64,000 nt of DNA from Nitrospinota bacterium (GCA_965223725.1 CBDCXE010000005.1:448809-512808), one strand, 5' to 3'. Positions 1-9,986 are shown, numbered from the stretch's first letter. Numbers and translations: made by a program. Notes: a model not told the origin generated them from the sequence alone.

Positions 1-1377
1 GCAGAATTTTCTCGGCGATTTTCAACCGCTCCACCGCGGTCTCCGGAATATCGTCGCCGCTCAGCAACGCGATGACCGAAGCGCCGTGGCGTTTGACCAG
101 CGGGGTCACTTCCTCCAGCCGCTCGGTCTCTCCGTTGATGGAGTTGATCAACGCCCGGCCCGGATACACCTCCAGCCCCGCCTCCAGCGCGGATACGTAT
201 GAGCTGTCTATCACGATCGGCAGCGGCGTCACGTTCTGCATCGCCACCACCGCCTTGCGCATCGATTCCGCCTCATCCACCAGCGGCACACCCACATTGA
301 CATCCAGCGCGTGGGCGCCCGCCTCATACTGTTTTCTGGCGTCGGAGATAATCATGTCCAGCTTTCCATCCTTGATCGACTGGGCAAACGCTTTCCGGCC
401 GGTGGGGTTGATCTTCTCGCCGATCTTGACGAACGGCTGACCTTCGCCCGGCTGCAGGGTGACCATCCGGCTGGTGAGCGACAAAACCTGCTTCGCATCC
501 CTAATTTTCGGTGTCATATCATCCACTATTGCGCGGATCATGCTGATATATTCCGGCGTGGTGCCGCAGCACCCACCGATGATGTTGGCGCCTGCATCTG
601 CGAACGGCTTGCAAAACTTCGCCACTTCATCCATCGGGGTTTCGAACACTGTCCTGCCATCTTTATGGACCGGCAAGCCTGCGTTCGGCTGCACCGATAT
701 CGGCAGCGAGGTGGAGACTGCGAGGCGCTCCACCGTGTCGAGCATCGGCTCCGGTCCGGTGGAGCAGTTCACGCCGATGATGTCCACACCCAGGCCCTCC
801 AGCGTCGCCACCGTGGTGATCGGGTCGGTGCCGGTGTCGGTGACGCCGTCGGAGTTGAATGTCATCGACGCCAGCAGCGGTATGTCGCATCGAACGTCGT
901 TCGCCGCGATCACCGCCGCCTTCATCTCCATCAGGTCGAACATCGTCTCGATCACCAGCAGGTCCACCCCCGCCGATACCAACACCTCGATCTGTTCCTT
1001 GAATATGCCGACGCCCTCGCGGAACGATATGTCCCCCGTCGGCGCCATGATGCCGCCCAGCGGGCCGATATCCCCGGCGATGATGCAGTTCGGTCCGCCG
1101 GCACGCGCCAGCTTCACCGCTTCACGGTTGATCTCTTTCAGTTGCGAGTGCGCGCCATACTCGGCAAGGCGGAGCCGGCTGGCGCCGAAGGTGTTGGTTA
1201 ATAATATTTGGGCCCCGGCGCCTGCGTATTGGCTGTGGACGTCGCGGATTCGGTCGGGCCGCTCCAGATTCCACAGGTCGGGCGCGTGCCCATCCGGCAG
1301 ACCGGCGCCCTGCAACAGCGCGCCCATGCTGCCGTCCAGCACCAGGATATGCTTTTTCAGCTCCGCGAGAAATGACA
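1..1377 (-). CDS. metH: Methionine synthase-like protein with homocysteine-binding and pterin-binding domains. The N-terminus is at 1377 and the 3' end runs off the window.
   Basis: Reverse-strand translation from the ATG at 1375-1377 gives MSFLAELKKHILVLDGSMGALLQG...IIGGCCGTTPEYI (Hcy-binding domain with the GGCCG Zn motif), followed by a pterin/methyl-THF-binding-like region. It is absent from the ORF track because it is edge-truncated. The plus-strand ORFs 311..1201 and 459..1400 are antisense shadows. Confidence 0.85.
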
Positions 1378-1400
1378 TATTAATGTACTGCTTTCAATAA

Positions 1401-2015
1401 TTACTTCCATCCTATTACAGCCGAGACCGATTTCCTCGGTATCATTATAGAGGTGTCGGTCAACGCAATGCCGATCCTGTCCGCCTCCGTCAGCGCCAGC
1501 AGGTTCGACTGATTCTCCAGCTCCCAGTCGCCATAGCCGGGTGAATACCGTTTGGTGCGCTCGTAACCCGCCTTTTTGAATACGCGTTCGATGGTTTCAT
1601 CCACCCGGTCCGCCATGTAATCCGCCATCCACCCGCCGATGGCGTCCAGCAGGTAAGACTCGGTCACCTCGCCAGCGTTTGCCAGCCGTTCGATTTCATC
1701 CTCCAGGCCGGGGCCAATGGTGCACGCCAGCGCCGAAACGTATTCGCACTGGTCCAGATGTTTCTTTATAGTTTTGCCTGTGAATACTTCGTCCATCGCT
1801 TTTTCGTTTTCCGCAATCAGCAGGTTTCGGTAGATACCTTTGCCATGGATTAAAGTGTATGCCCGGTCGATGCTATGTTTGATCGCTTCGCGCAGCGGTT
1901 TCTCTTCCAGCTGGTCCAGGCGCTCGATTTTCGAGATCCTCATCTCGCGCAGCACCCGCTCCGGCTCTATTGTGAACGGGATATTCTGCAGTATAACAGT
2001 TTCTTTATTAATCAT
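1401..2015 (-). CDS. Stand-alone B12-dependent methionine synthase activation (AdoMet-binding reactivation) domain protein
   Basis: 204 aa. The RYSPGYGDWELENQ motif and overall length match the MetH C-terminal activation domain (Met_synt_B12 family). It is encoded immediately upstream of the metH-like gene on the same strand. Confidence 0.8.
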   Translation of the reverse strand: MINKETVILQNIPFTIEPERVLREMRISKIERLDQLEEKPLREAIKHSIDRAYTLIHGKGIYRNLLIAENEKAMDEVFTGKTIKKHLDQCEYVSALACTIGPGLEDEIERLANAGEVTESYLLDAIGGWMADYMADRVDETIERVFKKAGYERTKRYSPGYGDWELENQSNLLALTEADRIGIALTDTSIMIPRKSVSAVIGWK

Positions 2016-2201
2016 CTAACCATCGTCAAGCTAAAACACTTTATTTTAGCTTAATGAAAATTTCGGTGTTGGAAATTTATTTAAAGCGCTTAGATGCTAG
2101 CCGTAATAGTGCAAAAAGAGTAGGAATTTCATTGTCTATTGAATTACTGAAACCAAAATCTTTTCCAACGATGTTCGAGAAAACCAAGCCAGGTGGATTT
2201 T

Positions 2202-3032
2202 TTATTGATTCTTTGAATTGTGGTCTTCTTGTTTATCCAATACCTTGACTATATAGTTGAGCAAAGAGATAGATTTTAAACTGTTGAGTTCTATACCATA
2301 ATCAACGGCCTCCCCGTGTAATACTTGATGCCTATTTAATTCTGAAAAACCTTGATCACGATCTTTTTTAGAATAATTGATAGGAAGATTTTCGGTTAAA
2401 GGATACAAAAATATTGATCGAAACGAATTGGCTTCATTGCTCTCAACATATTTTTTTATTTTAGGAAAACCATTCCTGTCTTTACTGTATAGGTTGATTT
2501 TAATGAGCTCCCAACAAATACCATCTGCTTGTATTAAGAATATAGGTACTGATAACTCAAAATCACATCGAGAATGTGCGGTAAATGCTTTCTCAAGTAT
2601 AGGCTTTCGATTAGGGAACCTACCGCAAACACTACTTTCTATTTCTGGCAATCGACTTCTATAATATTCAATCAACCAATGATCGATTTCTTCGTGGCTT
2701 TCACTGTTATATGCTTCCCCAAGTTTACGCAATTGAGTTGGAGTCATTTCAAGGTCTGGAGACCACCCACGTGTTGCAGCTGCAAGTAAGGGGTCAGGTA
2801 AATGTTTTAATAAACTATTTTTGTAATCATCAATATATTTTTGCTCAACTTTCGTTAGCTTATCTATCGTCGCGCTGTTTATTCCTGCGGAAATTGATTG
2901 AATTTGCTCGTTAAAATCCCTTTGTGTCTCAATGATATGTGAAATTGCAGTCGGATCAAGAAGTTTCATTAAATTTTTCATAAGCACTTTTTGCCAAGTC
3001 ATGATATTCATAATATTATAATAACAGATCAA
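2202..3032 (-). CDS. Hypothetical protein in an AT-rich islet, with a C-terminal Rx4HxE (HEPN-like) motif
   Basis: The 276-aa ORF lies in a region that is much more AT-rich than its neighbours. The C-terminal LNRHQVLHGEAVDYG fits the HEPN R-x4-6-H signature. No other recognisable domain was found. Confidence 0.45.
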   Translation of the reverse strand: MICYYNIMNIMTWQKVLMKNLMKLLDPTAISHIIETQRDFNEQIQSISAGINSATIDKLTKVEQKYIDDYKNSLLKHLPDPLLAAATRGWSPDLEMTPTQLRKLGEAYNSESHEEIDHWLIEYYRSRLPEIESSVCGRFPNRKPILEKAFTAHSRCDFELSVPIFLIQADGICWELIKINLYSKDRNGFPKIKKYVESNEANSFRSIFLYPLTENLPINYSKKDRDQGFSELNRHQVLHGEAVDYGIELNSLKSISLLNYIVKVLDKQEDHNSKNQ

Positions 3033-3060
3033 GCTTTACAAATACGAAAAAACCACAATT

Positions 3061-3256
3061 TAGCAATAACAGGCCAAAATAGCTGATTTTGGATCCTTCA
3101 AATCCCTCAAATGCTATTTACTGGCGGTAATAACTCTTGTATCGTCGGGTTAATGCACAATAGAGTGCGGAAAGTAAATTAAAAGAAAGGTTATGACCAT
3201 GAAAAATTTTGGTTGTCGCGATCCTTCAGAAAAGCTTGCAACCTTACATTGATGAC
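3061..3256 (+). repeat. Copy A of an intergenic direct repeat family that shares blocks with 10072..10339
   Basis: It shares tagcaata..caggccaaaat, ccttcaaatccctcaaatgc, gctatttactgg..gtaataactc and atgaccatgaaaaatttt-ggttgtcgcgatcc..agcttgcaaccttacattgatgac with copy B. Identity is roughly 70-75% over about 110 nt plus the conserved ends. Confidence 0.7.
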
Positions 3257-3277
3257 GTATTTGTGGTGCGAAGTGCG

Positions 3278-6200
3278 TTACGTCGTTTGGTCCCCTTTGC
3301 TTATCAGATCGTTGACGATCAGGTAGACGGCTGGGACGAGGACCAGCGTGAAAATGGTCGATACTGTAAGGCCGCCGACTATGGCGGTGGCGAGGCCGGA
3401 ATAGAGCTCCGACCCGGCGCCGCCGCGGACCATGAGCGGGAGCATGCCGAAGACCGTGGTGATCGTGCTCATGAATATCGGGCGGATGCGCGTCTTCACT
3501 GCCTCTATCATCGCCTCTTTCTTTGGCATGCCATGCTCTGTATTGTTGCGTATGGACTGATGCACCAGCAGGATGGCGTTGTTGACCACAATACCCGCCA
3601 AAATAATAAACCCCAGTACGGTCAAAACATCCAGCGGTACACCCATGCCAACCACGGCCACCATGGCGCCCGACGCGGCCAATGGAACGGCGAACATGAT
3701 GATCAGCGGATAGAGAAATGATTCGAACAGCGCCGCCATCAGCAGGTATACGATAACAATCGCCAGTATGAACGAACCGGAGAGAGCTTTCGCCGTGGCC
3801 TCCAGGTCGCTGGCGGAGCCGGACAACGATATTGAATAGCCAATGTCGAGCTTTTGTCGGATCGGTTTGAGGATGGTTTCGTTTACTCCCTCGACCATTG
3901 TCTGCAATGGCGTCTCCTGCGCCTTTGTCACCATCAGGGTCTCCGCCCGGTCCATCTCTATATGGTTTATCCGTGTCGGTCCGGTGGTCTCTACAATTTT
4001 GGCCAGAGAGTCGAGCTGGACCGCGATGCCGTTGGCGCCATATATCATGATGTTTTCCAGCGAGTGCCGGTTGACAAATGCGCCTTCTTCTCCTTTTACG
4101 GTGATGTCGATCTCTTCGCCGCCAATTTTATAGAGGGTCGCTTTCTTGCCGGCGACCAGCGTCTCCACCACCTCCGAGATGTCGCTGACGGAAAGGTTCA
4201 GGTCGGCCGCGCGCTCCCGGTCGATGTACACCTGGTATTCCGGGCCGCCCGATTCCTGACTGGAGCGGACGAACTCCACCCCCTCGACGCCCATCAGCTT
4301 GCCCCTGATCTCGTTGGAAATCGCTTTTATTTTCCCGAACTCCAGGCCCCGGATTTCAATCTCCATATCGGAGCCTGAAAAGCGGGAAAAGAGTGGAATT
4401 TGAAAAGCTCTGGCATATTCGAACCCTGGCGCGCCACCAATCTCCTTGTTAATTTTTTGCGCCACACGGGCGATTTCCAGCCTATATTCATCTTTAACCC
4501 TGGCGCCTATGCCATTGAATCTGCTGGAGACCACATGGAATATATATCTCACCTCCGGGACGTTTAGTATCTTTTCGGCGATGGCGTCGGAGTATTTTTG
4601 AGAAGCCTCGATATTGGACCCTACAAACGACTTGAACGTTGTGAATATCATGTTCCGGTTGCCCTTCGGCAGATATTCCATCTTCGGAATTATTGCGGCA
4701 ACGGACAAAGCGGCAAGCACAATGACCGCCGCAACCGCCAGCTTTAGTTTCGTAGAGCTGACAGACAATTTCTCTGTTATCGAGATAAATATATGGCTGA
4801 TATACCCGCCCAGCTTGTCAATCATCAGCATCTTTAGCGCCCCGCCACCAAACGAGCCGGAAAATAGCGCACCGACACCAAGGATCCGGGCGGAGAGCAT
4901 CGGTATCACGGTGATCGATACAATCAGCGACACCAGCACAGAGCAGGATATGGCGATGGCGATATCACGGAATAGCTGCCCCGCCTCCTCCTTCACAAAA
5001 ATGATCGGGATAAAAACCGCCAGCGTTGTCAGCGTGGAGGCGAGGATGGCGCCCCATACTTCCTCCGTCCCCTCCAGCGCCGCCTGCGCCTTCCCCTTGC
5101 CCATCTGCAGGTGGCGGTATATGTTTTCCAGCACCACGATGGCGTTGTCCACCACCATGCCGACGGCAAACGCCATGCCCGCCAGCGATATGATGTTTAT
5201 CGACCGGCCGAACAGGCCCAGCAGTATGAACCCGGAGAAGGCGACGATCGGGATCGCCAGGCCGATGACCAGCGTGCTCCTGAACGATTTTAAAAACAGG
5301 ATAAGCGCTATCACAGCCAGCAGGGCGCCAAAGGCGAAGTTGTATGTCACAAACTGGATCGACTCCCAGATATAGTCGCTGGAGTCGTAGCTTTCACGCA
5401 CAGAAACACCTTGCGGCGCCAGCTCTTCGTTCAACTGTTCAATCACAGACTCCAGTTTGCTGATCACGGCGATGGTATTGGCGTCAGATTTTTTCACAAT
5501 GCCGAAGGCCACCGCCGGCTCCCCCATGATTTTCACCATCGAGCTTCGTTTCTTGAATGTATCGTACACATTGGCCACATCCCGCAGATAGACCGGGCCG
5601 CCCTGGCTGTCTTTCTTGACAATCAACGCTTCTATATCCCCGATGCCCTTGAACAGCCCCACCGTGCGCACCAGATAGCGGCGTTTGCCCTGGTCGATAT
5701 GTCCGCCCCGGACGTTCATGTTCTCCAGCCGTAATGCGGCCAGCAGATCACGGACACCCAGCCCCCGCGCGGATAGCGCCCTGAAATCCACGACCACCTG
5801 TATCTCCCGTTCCTCACCGCCATACACACGGATCTCGCCGACGCCTTCTATTCGTTCGAACCGGGGCACAATAAAATCGTCCGCCAGCACACGCAACCTG
5901 TTCACCGGCATCCTGCCCCGCAGGTTCGCCCAATAGATAGACTGCCGCTCGGAGCTGGTCCCGGCGAATATCACCGGTTCGTCCGCTTCTTCCGGGAACT
6001 CTTTAACCCGGGAGAGACGTTTGATTATATCGATGACGGCGATATCCTTGTTCACCCCCCACTCGAATTCCAGCTCTATGGTGGATGCGCCCTCGCGGGA
6101 TGATGAGGTGATCCGGCGGAGCCCTTCCACGGCCTGAAGTTTCTCCTCTATCGGTATGGTGATCTGTTCTTCAACCTCCTGGGGGGCGGCGCCTGAGTAG

Positions 6201-6349
6201 GCTGTGGATATTTTGATTTCCGGTTTGTCCACAGTCGGCTTCAGTTGTACTGGAATTTTTGAAAGTGTGAGCCCGCCGAATATCACGATCAAAATAATAC
6301 CGACAATTACGGTGACTGGATTATTTATGGAAAACCTGATGATCCACAT
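3278..6349 (-). CDS. Efflux RND transporter permease subunit (AcrB/HAE1-like)
   Basis: 1023 aa with 12-TM RND architecture and the typical N-terminus MWIIRFSINNPVTVIVGIILIV... It has the large periplasmic loops characteristic of AcrB-family pumps. Confidence 0.95.
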   Translation of the reverse strand: MWIIRFSINNPVTVIVGIILIVIFGGLTLSKIPVQLKPTVDKPEIKISTAYSGAAPQEVEEQITIPIEEKLQAVEGLRRITSSSREGASTIELEFEWGVNKDIAVIDIIKRLSRVKEFPEEADEPVIFAGTSSERQSIYWANLRGRMPVNRLRVLADDFIVPRFERIEGVGEIRVYGGEEREIQVVVDFRALSARGLGVRDLLAALRLENMNVRGGHIDQGKRRYLVRTVGLFKGIGDIEALIVKKDSQGGPVYLRDVANVYDTFKKRSSMVKIMGEPAVAFGIVKKSDANTIAVISKLESVIEQLNEELAPQGVSVRESYDSSDYIWESIQFVTYNFAFGALLAVIALILFLKSFRSTLVIGLAIPIVAFSGFILLGLFGRSINIISLAGMAFAVGMVVDNAIVVLENIYRHLQMGKGKAQAALEGTEEVWGAILASTLTTLAVFIPIIFVKEEAGQLFRDIAIAISCSVLVSLIVSITVIPMLSARILGVGALFSGSFGGGALKMLMIDKLGGYISHIFISITEKLSVSSTKLKLAVAAVIVLAALSVAAIIPKMEYLPKGNRNMIFTTFKSFVGSNIEASQKYSDAIAEKILNVPEVRYIFHVVSSRFNGIGARVKDEYRLEIARVAQKINKEIGGAPGFEYARAFQIPLFSRFSGSDMEIEIRGLEFGKIKAISNEIRGKLMGVEGVEFVRSSQESGGPEYQVYIDRERAADLNLSVSDISEVVETLVAGKKATLYKIGGEEIDITVKGEEGAFVNRHSLENIMIYGANGIAVQLDSLAKIVETTGPTRINHIEMDRAETLMVTKAQETPLQTMVEGVNETILKPIRQKLDIGYSISLSGSASDLEATAKALSGSFILAIVIVYLLMAALFESFLYPLIIMFAVPLAASGAMVAVVGMGVPLDVLTVLGFIILAGIVVNNAILLVHQSIRNNTEHGMPKKEAMIEAVKTRIRPIFMSTITTVFGMLPLMVRGGAGSELYSGLATAIVGGLTVSTIFTLVLVPAVYLIVNDLISKGDQTT

Positions 6350-6407
6350 AGTAGCTGTTCTGTTATATCAGGCCGTCAGATACCGGGATGTAGGCTACCT
6401 AAGTAGC

Positions 6408-7550
6408 TCATGATTGTTTGCCGCCCAACACAATCACCTTCTGGCCGTCCTGCAATATCTCGTTCCCTGTAACCACCAGCTTCTCATCGACGGATATATC
6501 ACCGGTCACCTCCACCCGCTCGCCATGTTGTCTGCCGAGGGTGATAGCCTTTTCCCTGACGGTGTCAGGGCCTTCGATAGCATAGACAATCGCCTTGTTC
6601 GAGCGGAGGACAACCGCGTCCCGGGGGACCAGCAGCACCGTCTGCTTGCCGGTGGTCGGTATTTTGATCCTGGCGAACATGCCCGCCAATATCTTATGTT
6701 CCGGGTTATCCATCACGATCCGGATAGGAAAGGTGCGGGTGTTCTGATTCACCTTCGGCACCAGCGCGGCCACATTACCGGCGAACTCCATCCCGGGCAA
6801 CGCGTCGAAGGTGACGGCCACCTCCTTGCCAGACGCGACGGCCGACATCAACCGCTCCGGCGCTTCTGTGATCACCTCGACCTTGTGGGTATCCACTATT
6901 TCAAAAAGGTTGCCACCCTTCTCCACCCAGTAACCTTCCTCCACTTGCTTGCCTGTGATGAAACCGCCGAAGGGCGCCTTGATGTTTAGATTGGCCTGGT
7001 CGTACAAGGCTCGCTCCAGCTCCGCCTGGCGAAGGTTCACTTTCGATCGGGCAAGGTCCACATCCAGCTCTGCGTTCTGTTTCGCCTCTAGCGACCCAAT
7101 GTTTTGGGCATAAAGCTCCGCCGCCCGCTTTTGCGTCAGCTTTACCTTGGCCAGCTCGGTTTTCGCTTCCTTCAGCCGGTTCTGGGTTTCGCGGACGATG
7201 ATTTTATATATGGCGCCGTCGAGCAGAGCCACGGTTTCATCCTTGGTAACGCTGGCGCCTTCACGCTTATCAAAAGCGATGACTTTCCCCGGAACTTCCG
7301 CCGATACCATAGCCTGCCTGAACGCCTTGACAGAGCCAACCAGCGACACGGAAGCCGAGACCTCCTTTTCTATTATCCCCGCCACCTCCACAGAGACGGG
7401 TGGTGGGCCGAACTGGGCGCCGCCGTTTTGCTGGGGCGTCACCGCTGGGGTGGATAGCAACTGTTGCGCGCCGATTGCCAATACCAACACAACACCGGCT
7501 AAAACAGCCAGCGCCTTGTAACGGTTATTCAAAATCCACTCATATGTCAT
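6408..7550 (-). CDS. Efflux RND periplasmic adaptor (membrane fusion protein, HlyD/AcrA family)
   Basis: 380 aa with an N-terminal TM anchor, coiled-coil and beta-barrel regions. It lies immediately upstream of the RND permease on the same strand. Confidence 0.9.
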   Translation of the reverse strand: MTYEWILNNRYKALAVLAGVVLVLAIGAQQLLSTPAVTPQQNGGAQFGPPPVSVEVAGIIEKEVSASVSLVGSVKAFRQAMVSAEVPGKVIAFDKREGASVTKDETVALLDGAIYKIIVRETQNRLKEAKTELAKVKLTQKRAAELYAQNIGSLEAKQNAELDVDLARSKVNLRQAELERALYDQANLNIKAPFGGFITGKQVEEGYWVEKGGNLFEIVDTHKVEVITEAPERLMSAVASGKEVAVTFDALPGMEFAGNVAALVPKVNQNTRTFPIRIVMDNPEHKILAGMFARIKIPTTGKQTVLLVPRDAVVLRSNKAIVYAIEGPDTVREKAITLGRQHGERVEVTGDISVDEKLVVTGNEILQDGQKVIVLGGKQS

Positions 7551-7604
7551 AACGTTGATATTATACGCTTTTTAGGAAATCAGCGGATTGGTCAATCGTC
7601 GTCG

Positions 7605-9053
7605 CTAGCCGGTTTGCTCGTTACTACTTTTTTTGCCGACGCAGATGACCGACAATCCGGTATCCGGGAACAACGGGTCGAGGTGGCGCAGCAGAGGCAC
7701 CAACTTGTCGAAAATTTTCAGCTGGAACGTGTCCATCTTCTCCTTTTGCAGCAGCACCGCGTTCAGCCACCAGCCGGGTATGGCGAACATATTAAACCCG
7801 AACGATTTCTCTATGGTATAGCCGTTTTGCTTTATCAGGCTTTCCAGCGCGCCTTTCTCATACCTGCGATAATGGCCCACCTGCCGGTCGTAGGAGCCGT
7901 ACAGCCCGGCATATTGCGGCACCAACAGGATCAGCGTGCCATCCGGCTCCAGCGCCCTGCGCATCCTTTGCAACGCGGCGGCGTCATCCTCCACATGCTC
8001 CAGCACGTTCAGGCAGACTATGGTGTCGTAGCTCGCTTCACCCAGGGCGGCGAAATCTTCATCACTGCCCAGGTCGAGTTTTGCAACATTCACCGTTTCG
8101 TCATTTTCGAAGGTTTCCTTCAGCAGGTTCAGATACACCGGGTCGAGGTCGGTGACGGTCAGCTTCTCCCGTTTCGGCAGCAGCCTGCTGATGTTGCCGA
8201 TACCAGAGCCCACCTCCAGGATACGTTTCCCCAGATGTGGTTTTATGCTATCCGCCATCCAGCCGTTGAAATTGCGCGCGATCGACATATCGTCCAGCAT
8301 CTCGTGCCCTTGCCGGTCGCCGCCGCTGTCGCTGGTCAGCCACGATTTCAGGATGACGTAGACCGCTTCGAAGCCATCGGCCCAGCCGGTTTTTTTCCCT
8401 TCATCCTTCGACCGGCCGTAATAGCTGATCGGAATTTCATAGATGGTCAACCCCCGCTTGGCCACCTTGGCCGTGATCTCCGGCTCGAACCCGAACCGGT
8501 TAGAATGTATCGGTATGGTTTTCAATATATCGGTCCGAAACAGCTTATAGCAGGTCTCCATATCGGTCAGGTTCAGCCCGGTGAACATGTTGGACATGGT
8601 CGTCAACATCCGGTTGCCCAACGACCGGTAAAACCGGGGCACCCGCGTCATCTTCCTCGACCCGAACCGCGAGCCGTAGACAACATCGGCGCCATGCTCC
8701 AGCACAGGACCGAGCAGAAACTGATACTCCTCCGGGTCATACTCCAGGTCGGCGTCCTGTATCACCACATAGTCACCATCGGCGTGCTCGATCGCCCGGC
8801 GGACGGCGGCGCCTTTGCCCTGGTTCTTGTCATGGTAATAGGCGCGGACCTGATGACCGTTTCCATTCACGATATCGGCGATCACCTTTCGTGTGTCGTC
8901 GGTGGAGCCGTCATCGACGATGATCAGCTCCCGGTCGAAGTTATCGGGGAGTGTGGCGGCCAATACCTTCTCCACGCATTCTTTGATGAACTCCTGCTCG
9001 TTGTAAACAGGCATCAGTATGGACAAGGTTTTCCTGTCGGTGTCGTCGCGCAT
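7605..9053 (-). CDS. Bifunctional family-2 glycosyltransferase / class I SAM-dependent methyltransferase fusion
   Basis: The N-terminus LSILMPVYNEQEFI...IIVDDGSTDDT...DADLEYDP carries the GT2 DXD signature. The C-terminus ILEVGSGIGNIS...LEPDGTLIL carries methyltransferase motifs I and post-I. It heads the same-strand run ending in the RND pump. Confidence 0.85.
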   Translation of the reverse strand: MRDDTDRKTLSILMPVYNEQEFIKECVEKVLAATLPDNFDRELIIVDDGSTDDTRKVIADIVNGNGHQVRAYYHDKNQGKGAAVRRAIEHADGDYVVIQDADLEYDPEEYQFLLGPVLEHGADVVYGSRFGSRKMTRVPRFYRSLGNRMLTTMSNMFTGLNLTDMETCYKLFRTDILKTIPIHSNRFGFEPEITAKVAKRGLTIYEIPISYYGRSKDEGKKTGWADGFEAVYVILKSWLTSDSGGDRQGHEMLDDMSIARNFNGWMADSIKPHLGKRILEVGSGIGNISRLLPKREKLTVTDLDPVYLNLLKETFENDETVNVAKLDLGSDEDFAALGEASYDTIVCLNVLEHVEDDAAALQRMRRALEPDGTLILLVPQYAGLYGSYDRQVGHYRRYEKGALESLIKQNGYTIEKSFGFNMFAIPGWWLNAVLLQKEKMDTFQLKIFDKLVPLLRHLDPLFPDTGLSVICVGKKSSNEQTG

Positions 9054-9315
9054 AATAGTTATAATAATTTATCGAATCAAAATGATAGATGATTATCCAC
9101 GACCCGCCACAATTAATCAAGGTGGCGTTGGCGTGGCCAGTGCAAGTTATGCTGTCGGGGTAAGCGAGGGCGTCTTACAGGTTAAAATACCGCCTATGCG
9201 CCAGCCTGATATTAACCACATGGAAAAAGTGGGACACCATGCCAGGGGCGTGGTCACATATACCGCACCGATGAGATTATCCGTGGCGCACCATACCGGC
9301 ATAGCCTGATTTAGC

Positions 9316-9636
9316 TCAAACTTCCACGCCTTTATTTACCGCTTCAGATATAATGCCAGGCTGGTTTTTCTTTCGATCAAGTTCTTCCGGTGTGTAGCAA
9401 AGCAGCTCCAGCGGATCGTCTTCCTCCCACATTAAATACAGGTTTGCGGCTCGTTTATACCAGGGGGCGCCATGGAAATCATCAGAAACAATCACCAGAT
9501 CAAAATCGCTGTTATCATGATAATCGTTCCGGGTTCTACTCCCAAAAAATATAACTTTGGCTACATCGATTTCTCCCTGCAACTTTTTTTTATAAGCTTT
9601 GACAGCGTTCAGGTTTTTATTTTTTTTTGACACCAT
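9316..9636 (-). CDS. Minimal nucleotidyltransferase (MNT) antitoxin-type protein
   Basis: 106 aa. FGSRTRNDYHDNSDFDLVIV matches the NTP_transf_2 GS-x9-DxD motif. It overlaps the upstream HEPN gene by 28 nt. Confidence 0.85.
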   Translation of the reverse strand: MVSKKNKNLNAVKAYKKKLQGEIDVAKVIFFGSRTRNDYHDNSDFDLVIVSDDFHGAPWYKRAANLYLMWEEDDPLELLCYTPEELDRKKNQPGIISEAVNKGVEV

Positions 9637-9986
9637 CGCAATATTTCTCCTGATGCGGAAATCGCGTCTTTTGCGGCTTCCATGTTCTGGGCTTCATCCA
9701 GAAATTCTAAAGCATCCGGGTACCTTGACGCAGTATAAAAAGGATTAAGCAGGCCGCATTTTTCTATAATTGATTTTGGAGCATTGACCTTTCTTGCCAG
9801 CGTTGCCAAGTCATGGATTTTTATCAGGCCAAGGTCGTTCTGCAAACAGAGCGCTTTTAACGCTTTTTCGGCGGCTTGTTGGGCGGCCAGCGCTGCCCAA
9901 TCATAGTCTTTGATTTTGAACGAAGCCTTGGCATGTCTTAAATCAGACCCCGCTTTGCTAATCCAGGTTTTGATTATATCTGTCAT
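9609..9986 (-). CDS. HEPN domain protein, the toxin-type partner of the MNT
   Basis: 125 aa. AALAAQQAAEKALKALCL...KIHDL matches the classical HEPN (pfam05168-type) core. It is in the same operon as the MNT gene. Confidence 0.8.
   Translation of the reverse strand: MTDIIKTWISKAGSDLRHAKASFKIKDYDWAALAAQQAAEKALKALCLQNDLGLIKIHDLATLARKVNAPKSIIEKCGLLNPFYTASRYPDALEFLDEAQNMEAAKDAISASGEILRWCQKKIKT

Noticed and set aside
311-1400. Long plus-strand ORFs (311..1201 at 296 aa; 459..1400 at 313 aa) overlapping the start of the window
   Set aside because: They are antisense to the clearly homologous metH-like gene. Their composition is typical of shadow ORFs in GC-rich coding DNA (Arg/Ala/Pro-rich), and they have no homology.
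7614-9092. 492-aa plus-strand ORF
   Set aside because: It is an exact antisense shadow of the GT2-methyltransferase gene. Its low-complexity composition is rich in R, Q and H, and it has no start context.
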